In this document: piece by piece, positions 42,871-51,943 of the stretch
Position numbering within the stretch: position 1 is the first letter of the stretch
Layout of the letters: every line of letters starts with the position of its first letter
From: Escherichia coli
Lineage (GTDB): Bacteria; Pseudomonadota; Gammaproteobacteria; Enterobacterales; Enterobacteriaceae
NCBI RefSeq assembly: GCF_024298765.1
Contig: NZ_CP101210.1
DNA: 64,000 bases
Direction: 5' to 3' (one strand)
Notes under the pieces: model-generated
Told to the model about the DNA's origin: nothing
Databases searched by the model: none
What the model saw: the letters and a program-made list of their open reading frames with translations, nothing else
Translations under genes and position numbers: made by a program

Positions 42871-42909
42871 AATTGTGCAAATTTGTGCACTATTGTGCAT
42901 TTGTATAGT
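42871..42909 (+). promoter_or_regulatory. Iterated TTGTGCA repeats and candidate -10 (TATAGT) upstream of the cargo operon
   Basis: aaTTGTGCAaatTTGTGCActaTTGTGCAtttgTATAGTg: three copies at about 10-11 bp spacing followed by a -10-like hexamer. Confidence 0.4.
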
Positions 42910-42978
42910 GAAAAAAATATAGCAGAAAGTATACTTAGCGCCTTGTGGGCTACGTTAACTTTGCAGGAACATTTGGAA

Positions 42979-44358
42979 ATGAAAAAAATCAATAAAGAAG
43001 ATTCTAAAAGAACCTTTTTACGTGGATGGTTGCGATTTCTTCGTAGCGTTGAGAGAGCTAAGAAAAAAAAGCCTGCGCAAGAGAAAAATGGTAGTCTTCG
43101 TTTTTCCGATGAAACAACTCCTGTCCAAAACCAAGTCGCTACGTTCATTGAAAATATATCGATTATAAAAGAGTATGACTCATCAATTCTTCGTCGTGAC
43201 GCAGAGAAGATATTAATACCTAAATATTTTGACTTATATGACAATCCAGAGAAATCTCTGCTATTTATTAGTGCAGCCACAAAATTAATTGCAAGAGGTA
43301 AATGGAAATCATATATTTTTGATTACAAGAAAAACAAAAAACACTGTCTTGGTCTTGAGTGTCTATTAGGTGTTGCTCTTACAGCAGCAAGGCAAAGTAA
43401 TATAAATTTCAAAGATACGATGATTCAGATTAATGGTATCTACCCTAAAGATGAACAGTATCTTGAAATTATCAGGGATGTCGGGCTTGTAAAAGAGATT
43501 AGTAATGCTGCACCAGGTAAAGTTCTGGACTCTACTGAAGCATCGAAAAAAGCGAATCCGAAGAAACGAATCTTCTCTGCTGATAGTATCGGAAAGGAGA
43601 ATGCTTCTGCCTTTGCCCATGACAGAAAAAATGTCACTGCTGAAAAATTTACCGCATACATAAACGAATGCTTAAATGATCATAATTTAAAACTTGTACA
43701 TGAGGCAGAAAAGCATTTAACTTCCTGCATGGGGGAACTCCTTGATAATGCGGAGCGGCATTGTGGGTTAGAGCAACGCCCACGCTGGTATTTGAGAGGT
43801 TTTGTTAATAATAACGTACGAAACCCCATATGTGAGTTGGCTGTTTTCAATTTTGGGAAAACTATCAGCGAAACTTTTGATAATTTACCTGAGGATCATT
43901 TTTCATTAAGTCAACAAGTTAATCCATACATAAATAAGCATATTAAGAAAAAGGGTATGTTTAAGGAAGGATTAACAACAGTAGCGGCCTTGCAAGGGCG
44001 GGTGAGTTGTAAAAACGAGAAAGAAACTGACAGTTCTGGCACCGGAACAATTGAATTATTGAAGTTATTTCAAGATATGCATGATAATCTTAAAAAAATG
44101 GGAAGAGATATTAAAGGTGGGATAAAAATGACTTTAATATCTGGTAGTACTCATATTAACTTTGATGGATCATATAAATTAAAGCAAAGGTTGGTTAATG
44201 ACGAGGAAAGTGACATTTTTACTTACCCTTTTAATGATGTAGGGCTTGAATCTGAACCGGATCGCAACTATCTTAAGCGTATGAAGGATGCTCGATTTCC
44301 TGGAGTTATGATCAATATTCGTTTTCCTCTACCAGAAAACGCCACCCAGCGAACTTGA
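42979..44358 (+). CDS. Hypothetical protein with C-terminal GHKL-type (histidine kinase/SpoIIAB-like) ATPase domain; candidate defence gene A
   Basis: N-box-like ELLDNAERH, G-box-like DSSGTGTIELL, terminal GG...G...FPLP typical of HATPase_c; AT-rich; RBS AGGAAC before ATG 42979 (ORF finder starts at 42883). Confidence 0.55.
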   Translation: MKKINKEDSKRTFLRGWLRFLRSVERAKKKKPAQEKNGSLRFSDETTPVQNQVATFIENISIIKEYDSSILRRDAEKILIPKYFDLYDNPEKSLLFISAATKLIARGKWKSYIFDYKKNKKHCLGLECLLGVALTAARQSNINFKDTMIQINGIYPKDEQYLEIIRDVGLVKEISNAAPGKVLDSTEASKKANPKKRIFSADSIGKENASAFAHDRKNVTAEKFTAYINECLNDHNLKLVHEAEKHLTSCMGELLDNAERHCGLEQRPRWYLRGFVNNNVRNPICELAVFNFGKTISETFDNLPEDHFSLSQQVNPYINKHIKKKGMFKEGLTTVAALQGRVSCKNEKETDSSGTGTIELLKLFQDMHDNLKKMGRDIKGGIKMTLISGSTHINFDGSYKLKQRLVNDEESDIFTYPFNDVGLESEPDRNYLKRMKDARFPGVMINIRFPLPENATQRT

Positions 44359-44368
44359 GGACAGGTAC

Positions 44369-44713
44369 ATGAAAATGGCTGACATCACCATAGATTTCAA
44401 TAAGTTAGTAAAAGATAGTAACAAGAAACTTTTTGCTGGACGTTCTAATGGGCGCCAGGCCTATGATTACTTTAATATAGGGAAATTTTGCACAACCAGT
44501 AATGATAGATTATATCTATTGATCCCCAAGGGAATTGTTGTATCAAGCTCATACTTTCTAGGTATGCTTGAAACGGTTTTGCCGAAATTTTCTTCGCCTA
44601 GCGAATTTTATAGTCGCACTGTACTTGATGGTCGTGAATATAAAGAAGGTATGCTTTCTGAATTAGATAGAGCTGTAAGGAGAGGCTTACATAAAAATGT
44701 TCCCTTCTTTTAA
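44369..44713 (+). CDS. Small protein, possibly STAS/anti-sigma-antagonist-like; candidate defence gene B
   Basis: 114 aa immediately after the ATPase gene; IVVSSSYFLGMLE resembles the STAS core; very tentative. Confidence 0.4.
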   Translation: MKMADITIDFNKLVKDSNKKLFAGRSNGRQAYDYFNIGKFCTTSNDRLYLLIPKGIVVSSSYFLGMLETVLPKFSSPSEFYSRTVLDGREYKEGMLSELDRAVRRGLHKNVPFF

Positions 44714-45506
44714 AAATATTTTTCAAATCAAAATGACAGCGCTGTCTGTCATTTTTTTTATATTCCCCGCAGCTTGCTCTGTGACAGATTTTTCCAATAA
44801 AGAAAACATTGAATGTAATGAGTCACTTTATCCAAACACGCCTTTTTATATTTCCGATTCAGGACTTAGTGGTATATCATCACCGTTTTTGTTATCCGGA
44901 AACCCGAATGATGGCTTGATGTTTTGTGAAAAGGCAAACGACACCTTTCATAAGTTATCTCTGGCAAGGGATAACAAAAAAGATTTATTTACTAATTATT
45001 TCAAAGATGTTCCAAATTCCTATGATATATATAATATTGTAAAGGTTCCGGAAAATGGTCCAGAGTGGATTTCTATTGGCATCTCTTTATTTGCTTTAGT
45101 TTCATCCTTTGTTATTCCTTGTGTTCAACATAGAAAAGAACGTAAAGAAGCTATTAATGAAGGGTATTGGGTAAGAGAAGTAATTATGCCTAAAATTAAT
45201 GGGTTGGCATTCGATGTTGTGCAAAGTTTTAAAAACTCCATGGCATTATCAGAAGAGGAGTTTCTTAGTGTATTCAGTAATACTCTTTTACCAAAACTAG
45301 GAGAGTTACGGGATTCATTATATTTGTTTAATAGTTTTCCAGAATTAAATGCAGATATTGAAAATCTAGAAAGTATTTGTGACTCCTTGGAGGAAGAAGT
45401 TTCCAATCATATAGACTCGCCTAATGAAATAAGAATTTCTGATATATCAATGTTTCATTCCAAATTAATACAGAAATTAATTTTACTTCATAAGAAGATA
45501 GGTTGA
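44697..45506 (+). CDS. Membrane-anchored protein; candidate defence gene C (possible effector)
   Basis: Overlaps gene B by 17 nt; hydrophobic N-terminus (MTALSVIFFIFPAACS) and a central TM helix (WISIGISLFALVSSFVIPCV). Confidence 0.45.
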   Translation: MFPSFKNIFQIKMTALSVIFFIFPAACSVTDFSNKENIECNESLYPNTPFYISDSGLSGISSPFLLSGNPNDGLMFCEKANDTFHKLSLARDNKKDLFTNYFKDVPNSYDIYNIVKVPENGPEWISIGISLFALVSSFVIPCVQHRKERKEAINEGYWVREVIMPKINGLAFDVVQSFKNSMALSEEEFLSVFSNTLLPKLGELRDSLYLFNSFPELNADIENLESICDSLEEEVSNHIDSPNEIRISDISMFHSKLIQKLILLHKKIG

Positions 45507-45551
45507 TTTTCAAGGCCTCCTTATTCCTAGGGCGGCCTTAGCTCTATATTT

Positions 45552-48317
45552 CTATCGTGTTCGATGCAATAAACTGATTTTTTTGCGAGCATGTTTAGTG
45601 GTTTCACTGATTCTCTGTGCGTGCTCTGCGTCGCGGATGGCGCGCAGCATGTCAGAAAGTACGGTAACGGGTGTTTTCATGGTGTTCTGGTCTTGCTGAA
45701 GTGTGGATGCCAGGCGTGCGGCGGCTTCAGGGTCTGATGCCTCTAGTTGTTCCAGATAGCTGGCGACCGGGTTATGGCGGATCTCCGTGCTGCTTACGCC
45801 GTGATTACGACTCAGGCGTTGCCAGAGCTGCGTGATTCGGCTGTCCGGGCGGGTATCCTGTTTGCGTACAATTTCAAATCCCTGCGGTGCAATGATGCTG
45901 CCGCCAACGTACAGACTGCCGCCTCGTAACAGGTGCTGCATCTGCTGTTCACCGATATGCAGGCCGAGAGATTCAGCAGACTCCCGCCATTCTTTAGCGA
46001 GTAACTCGTGGTTATCAGGCAAAGGCTGTGGCTGTTTGCGGCTCTGTGTCCAGTTCTGCATTTCATCACTGCTGTTTTTTGCCTGTTTGTCACGCAGCGA
46101 ACGCATCAGTGCCCGGCGTTCGTGCCGTTTCAGTGAGCGCATCCATTCATTCACGTCAACGCCTTCAGGAAGCCGCGGCCACGGTGCTGGCCGTTCTTCC
46201 GGCTGTTCTGTCCCGTTGTTGTCCGTTTCCTGTACACGGGGACAGTTATTGCCACGAGTCCAAGGGGCGGCAGGGCCGCCCTGAAGGTCAAAACCATTTT
46301 CGCGGGCGCTGTCTTCCGTTTCCGGTTTACGTCTTACCAGTTTCCAGTTATCCGGATGCGTGCACACACGGGAGGATTCCCCGATGAGTGGTGACCAGAT
46401 CCCGTAAATCTGTACGCTCTGTTCGCCGTAATCATTCAGCTCATCTGCGAGGTCGTAGGCGGTGCGAATCAGGTAGTCTTTGCGTGGAACAAGTACGCCG
46501 CCCTGTTTTTCAATGTAGGTGGCAAAACACCCGGCATCGGCGGCAGCGAGTACCGCATCCATTGCGTCATCTTTCAGTCGTTGCGGGCCTTCCGGGTTGC
46601 GTGCCATCTGGCTGGCAAGGCGGCGCAGTTCACGCCACACCTGACGGGAGGGGATGCCAAAGAACTGGAACTGGCGGACCCGATGAAGGCGCGCCCAGCC
46701 GATGGCGCGCTCCACACTCTCGGCCATTGATTTTCCGGTTTCGTGGTCAACGCGTGGCTTGCCCGTTTTCGGGTCGATGCCATCCACGGCGCGGCTGTCC
46801 AGGTTCTTTCCGATGTAGGTCGCGATATAGCTGGTTGGTGTGCCTTTTGAGCCGTCGACATACTCCGCCTTAAAGCGCGGAGTAATATCATTGCCCAGCT
46901 CGTGGCGGTCTTCCTGAATGGCAATATCGCGGGTGATGGCCACGATGCTGTCGATTTCTTCCGGATGAGCAAAGACCATCATATGCCAGTGCACGGTGCC
47001 GTCATGGTGAGGCTCCACCGTGCGGATGCCATACCAGCGAAGACCGTCGCGGTTCAGTTTTTTGCGGACCGCCGCAAAAAACGTGTTAACCAGGTAATCG
47101 CTGGAGTCGCGCATGGTGGCCCCGTTCCATTTGGGATTCGGATGACCGTTCTCTGTTGTGGCGTGGTATTTTGACGGGCAGGTGACAGTCAGAAACACCG
47201 CTTTGTCGCCACGGGCTTCGGCCAGAAGTTCCAGCCCCTTCATGGTGGCCATCATTTCTGCCTTACGGTGAACCGGGTTACTTACTCCCGCGTAATACAC
47301 CGTCTCGAGATCAATCGTGAACCCGTCTTCGTTTTCCAGCATGAAACTTTTCAGGAAATCGCGTGTTTTCTCGCGCTGTGCGCGAAACTCGCTTAACGCG
47401 TCCTGGCTCAAATAGGGCGATGTTTTTCTGGAAACCAGACAGGCGGCGCGGAGTTGTTCTTCTCTCCACTCGCAACGTAACAGCCACAGTTTGCGTTTCC
47501 ACCATTCCGCACAGGTCAGGCGAAGGATTGCGCCCGGCAGCAGTTCTGTGTCCGGTTCGTTCCTCCGGTCTTTGTCTGTTGTCAGTGCGTCATAATGCGG
47601 AGGCATGGCGTGCAAGTGTAACGCCATGCGGGCCAGCATCTGATACGCCTTCAGCGTTACATCCATGGTCAGCTCGCCATCGGTCGCGCCAAAACCATCG
47701 CAGAGTTTTTCGAAGGTGCTGCTGAACATCGCCGCCGTCATGGTGGCCAGCGTCTGTATCTGGTGTTTGTTGAGTTGCGGCAGGTAAAGCAAATCGTCCA
47801 GGCGTTCACGTCCGGCAAGGGACCGATAACCCGGTGTCAGCCAACGGCTGTCGGTGCGGTCCAGACGTACGAATATTTTGCGCAGGGTTCCGCGCGCGTA
47901 GCGTTCAGCCTGCCAGCTCTTTTTGCCTTTCTGACGATCGGATTCCTGTTTTTTGCGCAGGAAAGAGAGGTGGCGGCTCAGAGGTTCACGCAGATAAACG
48001 GGAAGCACCTTCAGTGTGGCAAAAGCACGGGCCACCGGGTCTTGTTCTGTTGCCTGACGCTTGCTGATGATGCTTTGTGCCAGCTTTTCACGCTGTCCGG
48101 CTTCCTCAAGGGATGCCATGAGTTTTTTACCCACGGTGGATTGTGCGAAAAAGGCTTCCTCCTTCGCTTCCTGTTCTTTCCGGGCCTTTTTGTCCGCCTC
48201 AAGGTAGTAACGGATGGCGCGTTGCAGCTCGGTTTCAGTTTCCTGCCTGCGCTCCGTAAATCTGTCCGGATCAATGGCTGGCCGTGGTTCATTCCAGCTC
48301 CATGCAAACTCACTCAT
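45552..48317 (-). CDS. Replication initiation protein gpA (rolling-circle endonuclease), with extended C-terminus
   Basis: About 921 aa; start MSEFAWSWNEPRP overlaps the upstream ORF stop (ATGA); longer than the ~760 aa I recall for P2 A. Confidence 0.8.
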   Translation of the reverse strand: MSEFAWSWNEPRPAIDPDRFTERRQETETELQRAIRYYLEADKKARKEQEAKEEAFFAQSTVGKKLMASLEEAGQREKLAQSIISKRQATEQDPVARAFATLKVLPVYLREPLSRHLSFLRKKQESDRQKGKKSWQAERYARGTLRKIFVRLDRTDSRWLTPGYRSLAGRERLDDLLYLPQLNKHQIQTLATMTAAMFSSTFEKLCDGFGATDGELTMDVTLKAYQMLARMALHLHAMPPHYDALTTDKDRRNEPDTELLPGAILRLTCAEWWKRKLWLLRCEWREEQLRAACLVSRKTSPYLSQDALSEFRAQREKTRDFLKSFMLENEDGFTIDLETVYYAGVSNPVHRKAEMMATMKGLELLAEARGDKAVFLTVTCPSKYHATTENGHPNPKWNGATMRDSSDYLVNTFFAAVRKKLNRDGLRWYGIRTVEPHHDGTVHWHMMVFAHPEEIDSIVAITRDIAIQEDRHELGNDITPRFKAEYVDGSKGTPTSYIATYIGKNLDSRAVDGIDPKTGKPRVDHETGKSMAESVERAIGWARLHRVRQFQFFGIPSRQVWRELRRLASQMARNPEGPQRLKDDAMDAVLAAADAGCFATYIEKQGGVLVPRKDYLIRTAYDLADELNDYGEQSVQIYGIWSPLIGESSRVCTHPDNWKLVRRKPETEDSARENGFDLQGGPAAPWTRGNNCPRVQETDNNGTEQPEERPAPWPRLPEGVDVNEWMRSLKRHERRALMRSLRDKQAKNSSDEMQNWTQSRKQPQPLPDNHELLAKEWRESAESLGLHIGEQQMQHLLRGGSLYVGGSIIAPQGFEIVRKQDTRPDSRITQLWQRLSRNHGVSSTEIRHNPVASYLEQLEASDPEAAARLASTLQQDQNTMKTPVTVLSDMLRAIRDAEHAQRISETTKHARKKISLLHRTR

Positions 48318-48703
48318 GGCTGGTATCCCGTCACGCGCTGCCACTCCTGCGAGAAGAGGGTGGAAAGGCGGTTAAATTCAGCGGTGTATTCACTCAGCGA
48401 GGCACACCCGCCAGCAGTGTGATGCGCCAGCATTGCCGCAAATACGGAGGTCGGGGAGTCGTAATACGCCAGCAGTGATTCGCCATGCGGTGTCAGGCAG
48501 CGCAACGCCAGCCCGTGTGGTGTTAAGTCCACGCGGTAGCAGTCGTCTACTGTGAAATAAAGGGTGTCTGCATTCTCCGGTTTTGTAGTGCGTGCTCTGT
48601 TGTCACGACTACGGATGTAGAGATCAAATAATCCCTGAAGAACGGGAGCCAGACGGGTGTCCTGTGTGCGCACCCATCTTGTGAAGTCATGAGCGTCAAT
48701 CAT
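48314..48703 (-). CDS. Hypothetical early-region protein, translationally coupled to gpA
   Basis: 129-aa ORF whose stop overlaps the A start. Confidence 0.45.
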   Translation of the reverse strand: MIDAHDFTRWVRTQDTRLAPVLQGLFDLYIRSRDNRARTTKPENADTLYFTVDDCYRVDLTPHGLALRCLTPHGESLLAYYDSPTSVFAAMLAHHTAGGCASLSEYTAEFNRLSTLFSQEWQRVTGYQP

Positions 48704-48811
48704 GCTGCAATTCTCTCTACTAAGGATGTGCGAAGGCTTCCTGCCAAAAAACTCAGAAGCGGTCGGTTACAGGAATTGGCGTTCTACGAGTAGTTATTGC
48801 TGGCTTGAGGT

Positions 48812-49030
48812 TCATTTCTGTTTAATTCCGTGCATGCTGTAGAAGAAATCAAAAGTGCTATCTATGCGTATCATGAGCTCACGCTGTATCGCTTCTGGTG
48901 TTTCTGGTTCACCTGGCGAGCCAACTCCCGCGAAGAAATCACCGATCTCGCTTTTAATAAGTGCCTTTAGCGTTGCTGAGGAATTCAGGTGTGTGCGGTG
49001 ATGTTTGCGAGTGATTCTTCTCCTGCTCAT
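48812..49030 (-). CDS. Hypothetical small early protein
   Basis: 72-aa ORF in the early operon; overlaps the next ORF by 4 nt. Confidence 0.35.
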   Translation of the reverse strand: MSRRRITRKHHRTHLNSSATLKALIKSEIGDFFAGVGSPGEPETPEAIQRELMIRIDSTFDFFYSMHGIKQK

Positions 49031-49230
49031 TTGCGTGGATCCTGTACCTGTCGGATAAGATTCACCCGCGCCACATTAGTGGCGCAGAAGTAAGTACCGT
49101 CAGTGAGATAGATGTGGTGTGCATCCTTTTCTGAGCGGTGTTTGTCGATTGTGGTAATCAGGCGTTCGTCGACTTCGTATTCACGTCCTCTGGAAGTGAA
49201 ACGAACGACAGGAAAATGCTTAATTGCCAT
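49027..49230 (-). CDS. Hypothetical small early protein
   Basis: 67-aa ORF in the early operon. Confidence 0.35.
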   Translation of the reverse strand: MAIKHFPVVRFTSRGREYEVDERLITTIDKHRSEKDAHHIYLTDGTYFCATNVARVNLIRQVQDPRK

Positions 49231-49427
49231 TACACCTCCTGGGCGTGTGCGAATACCTCCGCGAATGCGGATTGTTTTTACATTTTCTTATTTAACCTAG
49301 GGTTTTTATTTGCGCTGTTATTCGCCAGTGAAAAAGCGGTCAATCTTTTTTACTGAACGAATAATTCGCATAATCCCAATGGCGCAGACCACCGAAATAA
49401 TCAGAACAAGCCATGAGATAAATATAC

Positions 49428-49670
49428 TCATGCAATATTCCCCAGCTTATACGGTTCAATATGCTCCCCGCATTCTGCGGCACAGATCAGCTCGGAAAGT
49501 TCGTTAAGTGCATCCAGATCATCAGCGTAAAAAGCCACGTCATACAGACTCCGGATTGCCCTGGTTAATGAGTCACGGGCTGCACGTTCAGCATGAGTAC
49601 CTGATGCACTTAAGCGAAAATAAAAACGCTCAAGTGCTTTGTTTATGAGAGTCTTATATTCTTTGCCCAT
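49428..49670 (-). CDS. Hypothetical small early protein
   Basis: 80-aa ORF in the early operon. Confidence 0.35.
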   Translation of the reverse strand: MGKEYKTLINKALERFYFRLSASGTHAERAARDSLTRAIRSLYDVAFYADDLDALNELSELICAAECGEHIEPYKLGNIA

Positions 49671-49681
49671 CGCAACGCCCT

Positions 49682-49960
49682 TTAATCTGCTTTCTGAATT
49701 TCAGCTTCTGAATCCATGCAGATAATTTCGATATAGGGTTCATCGCCATTAACCTGACGAGCTTTTTCAGCTTCGTTAATTATTTCGCGAACGGTCTGGT
49801 ACGGAAGTTCTACTGTCAGGCGCGTACCGTTCAGATAAACGTAGGTAGCTGCATTTTTTCAGATGGAACTACTCCGTCAATAGCTGATGCGCGTAATAAC
49901 AGTTCACCGCGAAAATCAATAAAGCGGATAAATACACCTTGTGCATGGTCTTTAGTCATA
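49682..49960 (-). pseudogene. Small early gene (about 90 aa) interrupted by a frameshift at an A6 run
   Basis: MTKDHAQGVFIRFIDFRGELLLRASAIDGVVPSE... continues in another frame as ...TYVYLNGTRLTVELPYQTVREIINEAEKARQVNGDEPYIEIICMDSEAEIQKAD after the run at 49854-49859. Confidence 0.3.
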
Positions 49961-49969
49961 AAGCACCTG

Positions 49970-50320
49970 TTATAAATCAGCCTGTTTAATAAAACTTTGC
50001 CCGCGAAGCAAACGATCGACTGTGCGCAGTGCTTCGTACAATGTAAAATCCTGCCCGAACTGATTATCGCCGTTGCTTAATGCAAAAATGCGGTTTCCGG
50101 TAAACGGATTGCGTGAGCATCTGTGAACCACTATTCCAGCTTTCTCAATCAGCCAGGTGTGTTCGCCGATTTGTTTTACAGCGTGCCCATCTGGTGTTGC
50201 GTGCGTCTCGTTCAGGTTATAGCGATTGTTACTACGTGATGCACTGGTAGCGACGTGGTGTATATGGCGTTCTACGCCATTACGAAATTTGGAGTATGGA
50301 TTATTAGCGTGTTTTTTCAT
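49970..50320 (-). CDS. Hypothetical early protein
   Basis: 116-aa ORF in the early operon. Confidence 0.4.
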   Translation of the reverse strand: MKKHANNPYSKFRNGVERHIHHVATSASRSNNRYNLNETHATPDGHAVKQIGEHTWLIEKAGIVVHRCSRNPFTGNRIFALSNGDNQFGQDFTLYEALRTVDRLLRGQSFIKQADL

Positions 50321-50341
50321 GATGATGCTCTGTTCATTGTT

Positions 50342-50545
50342 TTAGCTGTTAGCCAAAGCGTCTTTTAACATCGCCACAAGGTTTACTTCAGGCTTTTCCA
50401 TTTTGGCACGTTTGGGGCGGATAATAATTCGACCGTCAGCCAACATCTTTTTGCATGTATTAAGAGGGATACCTGTTATCTCTGCATATTTCTGCAGGGA
50501 TACATAGGGGGCATTCACATTGATATTGATGGTTATACCTGACAT
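50342..50545 (-). CDS. Small HTH DNA-binding protein (Cox/Apl/excisionase-like)
   Basis: 67 aa with HTH-like YVSLQKYAEITGIPLNTCKKMLADGRI; second gene of the early operon. Confidence 0.4.
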   Translation of the reverse strand: MSGITININVNAPYVSLQKYAEITGIPLNTCKKMLADGRIIIRPKRAKMEKPEVNLVAMLKDALANS

Positions 50546-50561
50546 CCCACTAGCCTCCTGA

Positions 50562-50768
50562 TCAGGAAGATTTGTTTTGTTCTTTCTGGGTTAGCTCTAG
50601 GCCGCGAAGGAAGATCATGCGCGCCATGTTAGAGGATGAGCGTTGTTCTTTAGTTGCCATTTCATCAATGACGGCTCGCTCTTCGAGGGACAGCCGAAGT
50701 GCCAGTCTTGGACCTGTGGCGGTGTTACGCGGAATGCGTGATCTGGTATCGTGAAGAACTTGTTTCAT
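50562..50768 (-). CDS. Small early regulatory protein (first gene of the early operon)
   Basis: 68 aa, divergent from the repressor gene across a 75-bp switch region. Confidence 0.4.
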   Translation of the reverse strand: MKQVLHDTRSRIPRNTATGPRLALRLSLEERAVIDEMATKEQRSSSNMARMIFLRGLELTQKEQNKSS

Positions 50769-50810
50769 AGTGGTATATTGTGATCATCTAATAGCTCGTG
50801 AAATCATTTT

Positions 50811-50828
50811 GGTATCAAAAAAGATACC
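50811..50828. promoter_or_regulatory. Candidate operator palindrome GGTATC-N6-GATACC in the genetic switch region
   Basis: Perfect 6-bp inverted repeat with an A6 spacer between the divergent early and repressor genes. Confidence 0.35.
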
Positions 50829-50843
50829 TGTCAAGGTTTTTGT

Positions 50844-51248
50844 ATGAAAAATGATATTGGTCAGCGGTTGCGTGAGGAAAGGGAAAGATTGGGGCTTAGT
50901 CAAGTTGCTATGAGCGAAATTGGTGGAGTCAAAAAGCTAACTCAGCTTAGATATGAGAAAGGAGATAGCTTTCCTGATGCTGCGTATTTGGCAGCGCTGT
51001 CTCGTTTTGGCCTTGATGTTCAGTATGTTGTGTTGGGAATTCACTCACCTGAAACTTATAACGATGATGAGCAGGAGTTGATTACTCGCTTTCGAGCAGC
51101 TTCGTTAGATGTAAAAAACGCGGTGATCGGGGCTTTAAAAAGTGCGGGCAGTGAAAAGGAAACTCAGCCATCAGGGCGTGAGTTAAATATTTCTGGTGGT
51201 AATAACCGTATCGCTGGTCGTGACTATAACGAAACTAAGGGTAGGTGA
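50844..51248 (+). CDS. Immunity repressor (XRE-family HTH, C/CI-like)
   Basis: N-terminal HTH IGQRLREERERLGLSQVAMSEIGGVKKLTQLRYEKG; divergent from the early operon; same strand as int. Confidence 0.65.
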   Translation: MKNDIGQRLREERERLGLSQVAMSEIGGVKKLTQLRYEKGDSFPDAAYLAALSRFGLDVQYVVLGIHSPETYNDDEQELITRFRAASLDVKNAVIGALKSAGSEKETQPSGRELNISGGNNRIAGRDYNETKGR

Positions 51249-51263
51249 TAGTAGGGAGGTGAC

Positions 51264-51914
51264 ATGGCCGTCAACTCAAACGGTTCAAACAATCGCGTTG
51301 CTGGGCGTGATTTTCACGAAAAGAATATTCAGATAGAGCGATATGATGGTTCTCATACCGTCAATATCGCAATCCCTTCGAATAATGATGATGACGCTCG
51401 CCCTTTGCTTAAGGCACAGCGTAAGGAGCTAAATAGCTTGGTTGCTGCTATTGCAGAAGCTAGCAATACTGAAGCGTTTATTATTTGGCAAAAAGTACAT
51501 GCGGAGATTGGTGTAGCTGGTATTGATGATATGACAATAAATCAATATAAAACAGCGGAGAGTTTTCTGCATGCAATGCTTGAGCGATGTAAAGATCATG
51601 ATGCCTGTAAGACTCTTGTAAGTTTATTACTACGTAACAGTGAAGACTGTGGACTTCGACAAAAACTTCTGCGGTATTGCCATATCAATTTCGGTACAGG
51701 ACGTTTAAACGATCTTACTCGTTCTCAGTTACAGTCTGCATTGTCGTGGTTAGAGCAACAATCGGTATCAAGCCACACAGAGAATTCGACCTTACCAGAA
51801 GTCCGCCTTCGTGCTTCAGAATTAATCCGATTTTATCCAAAAGAAATAATATTCTTTATCTGCGTAGGGGTTTTGGTAGGCGGAGCCATTTCTAGGATGT
51901 TTTTTAATTTGTAA
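51264..51914 (+). CDS. Hypothetical C-terminally membrane-anchored protein (lysogeny-expressed cargo)
   Basis: 216 aa with C-terminal TM IIFFICVGVLVGGAISRMFF; its N-terminus repeats a motif from the repressor C-terminus. Confidence 0.5.
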   Translation: MAVNSNGSNNRVAGRDFHEKNIQIERYDGSHTVNIAIPSNNDDDARPLLKAQRKELNSLVAAIAEASNTEAFIIWQKVHAEIGVAGIDDMTINQYKTAESFLHAMLERCKDHDACKTLVSLLLRNSEDCGLRQKLLRYCHINFGTGRLNDLTRSQLQSALSWLEQQSVSSHTENSTLPEVRLRASELIRFYPKEIIFFICVGVLVGGAISRMFFNL

Positions 51915-51943
51915 TCTTACTTGAGCTAAATTGAGGCAATGAC

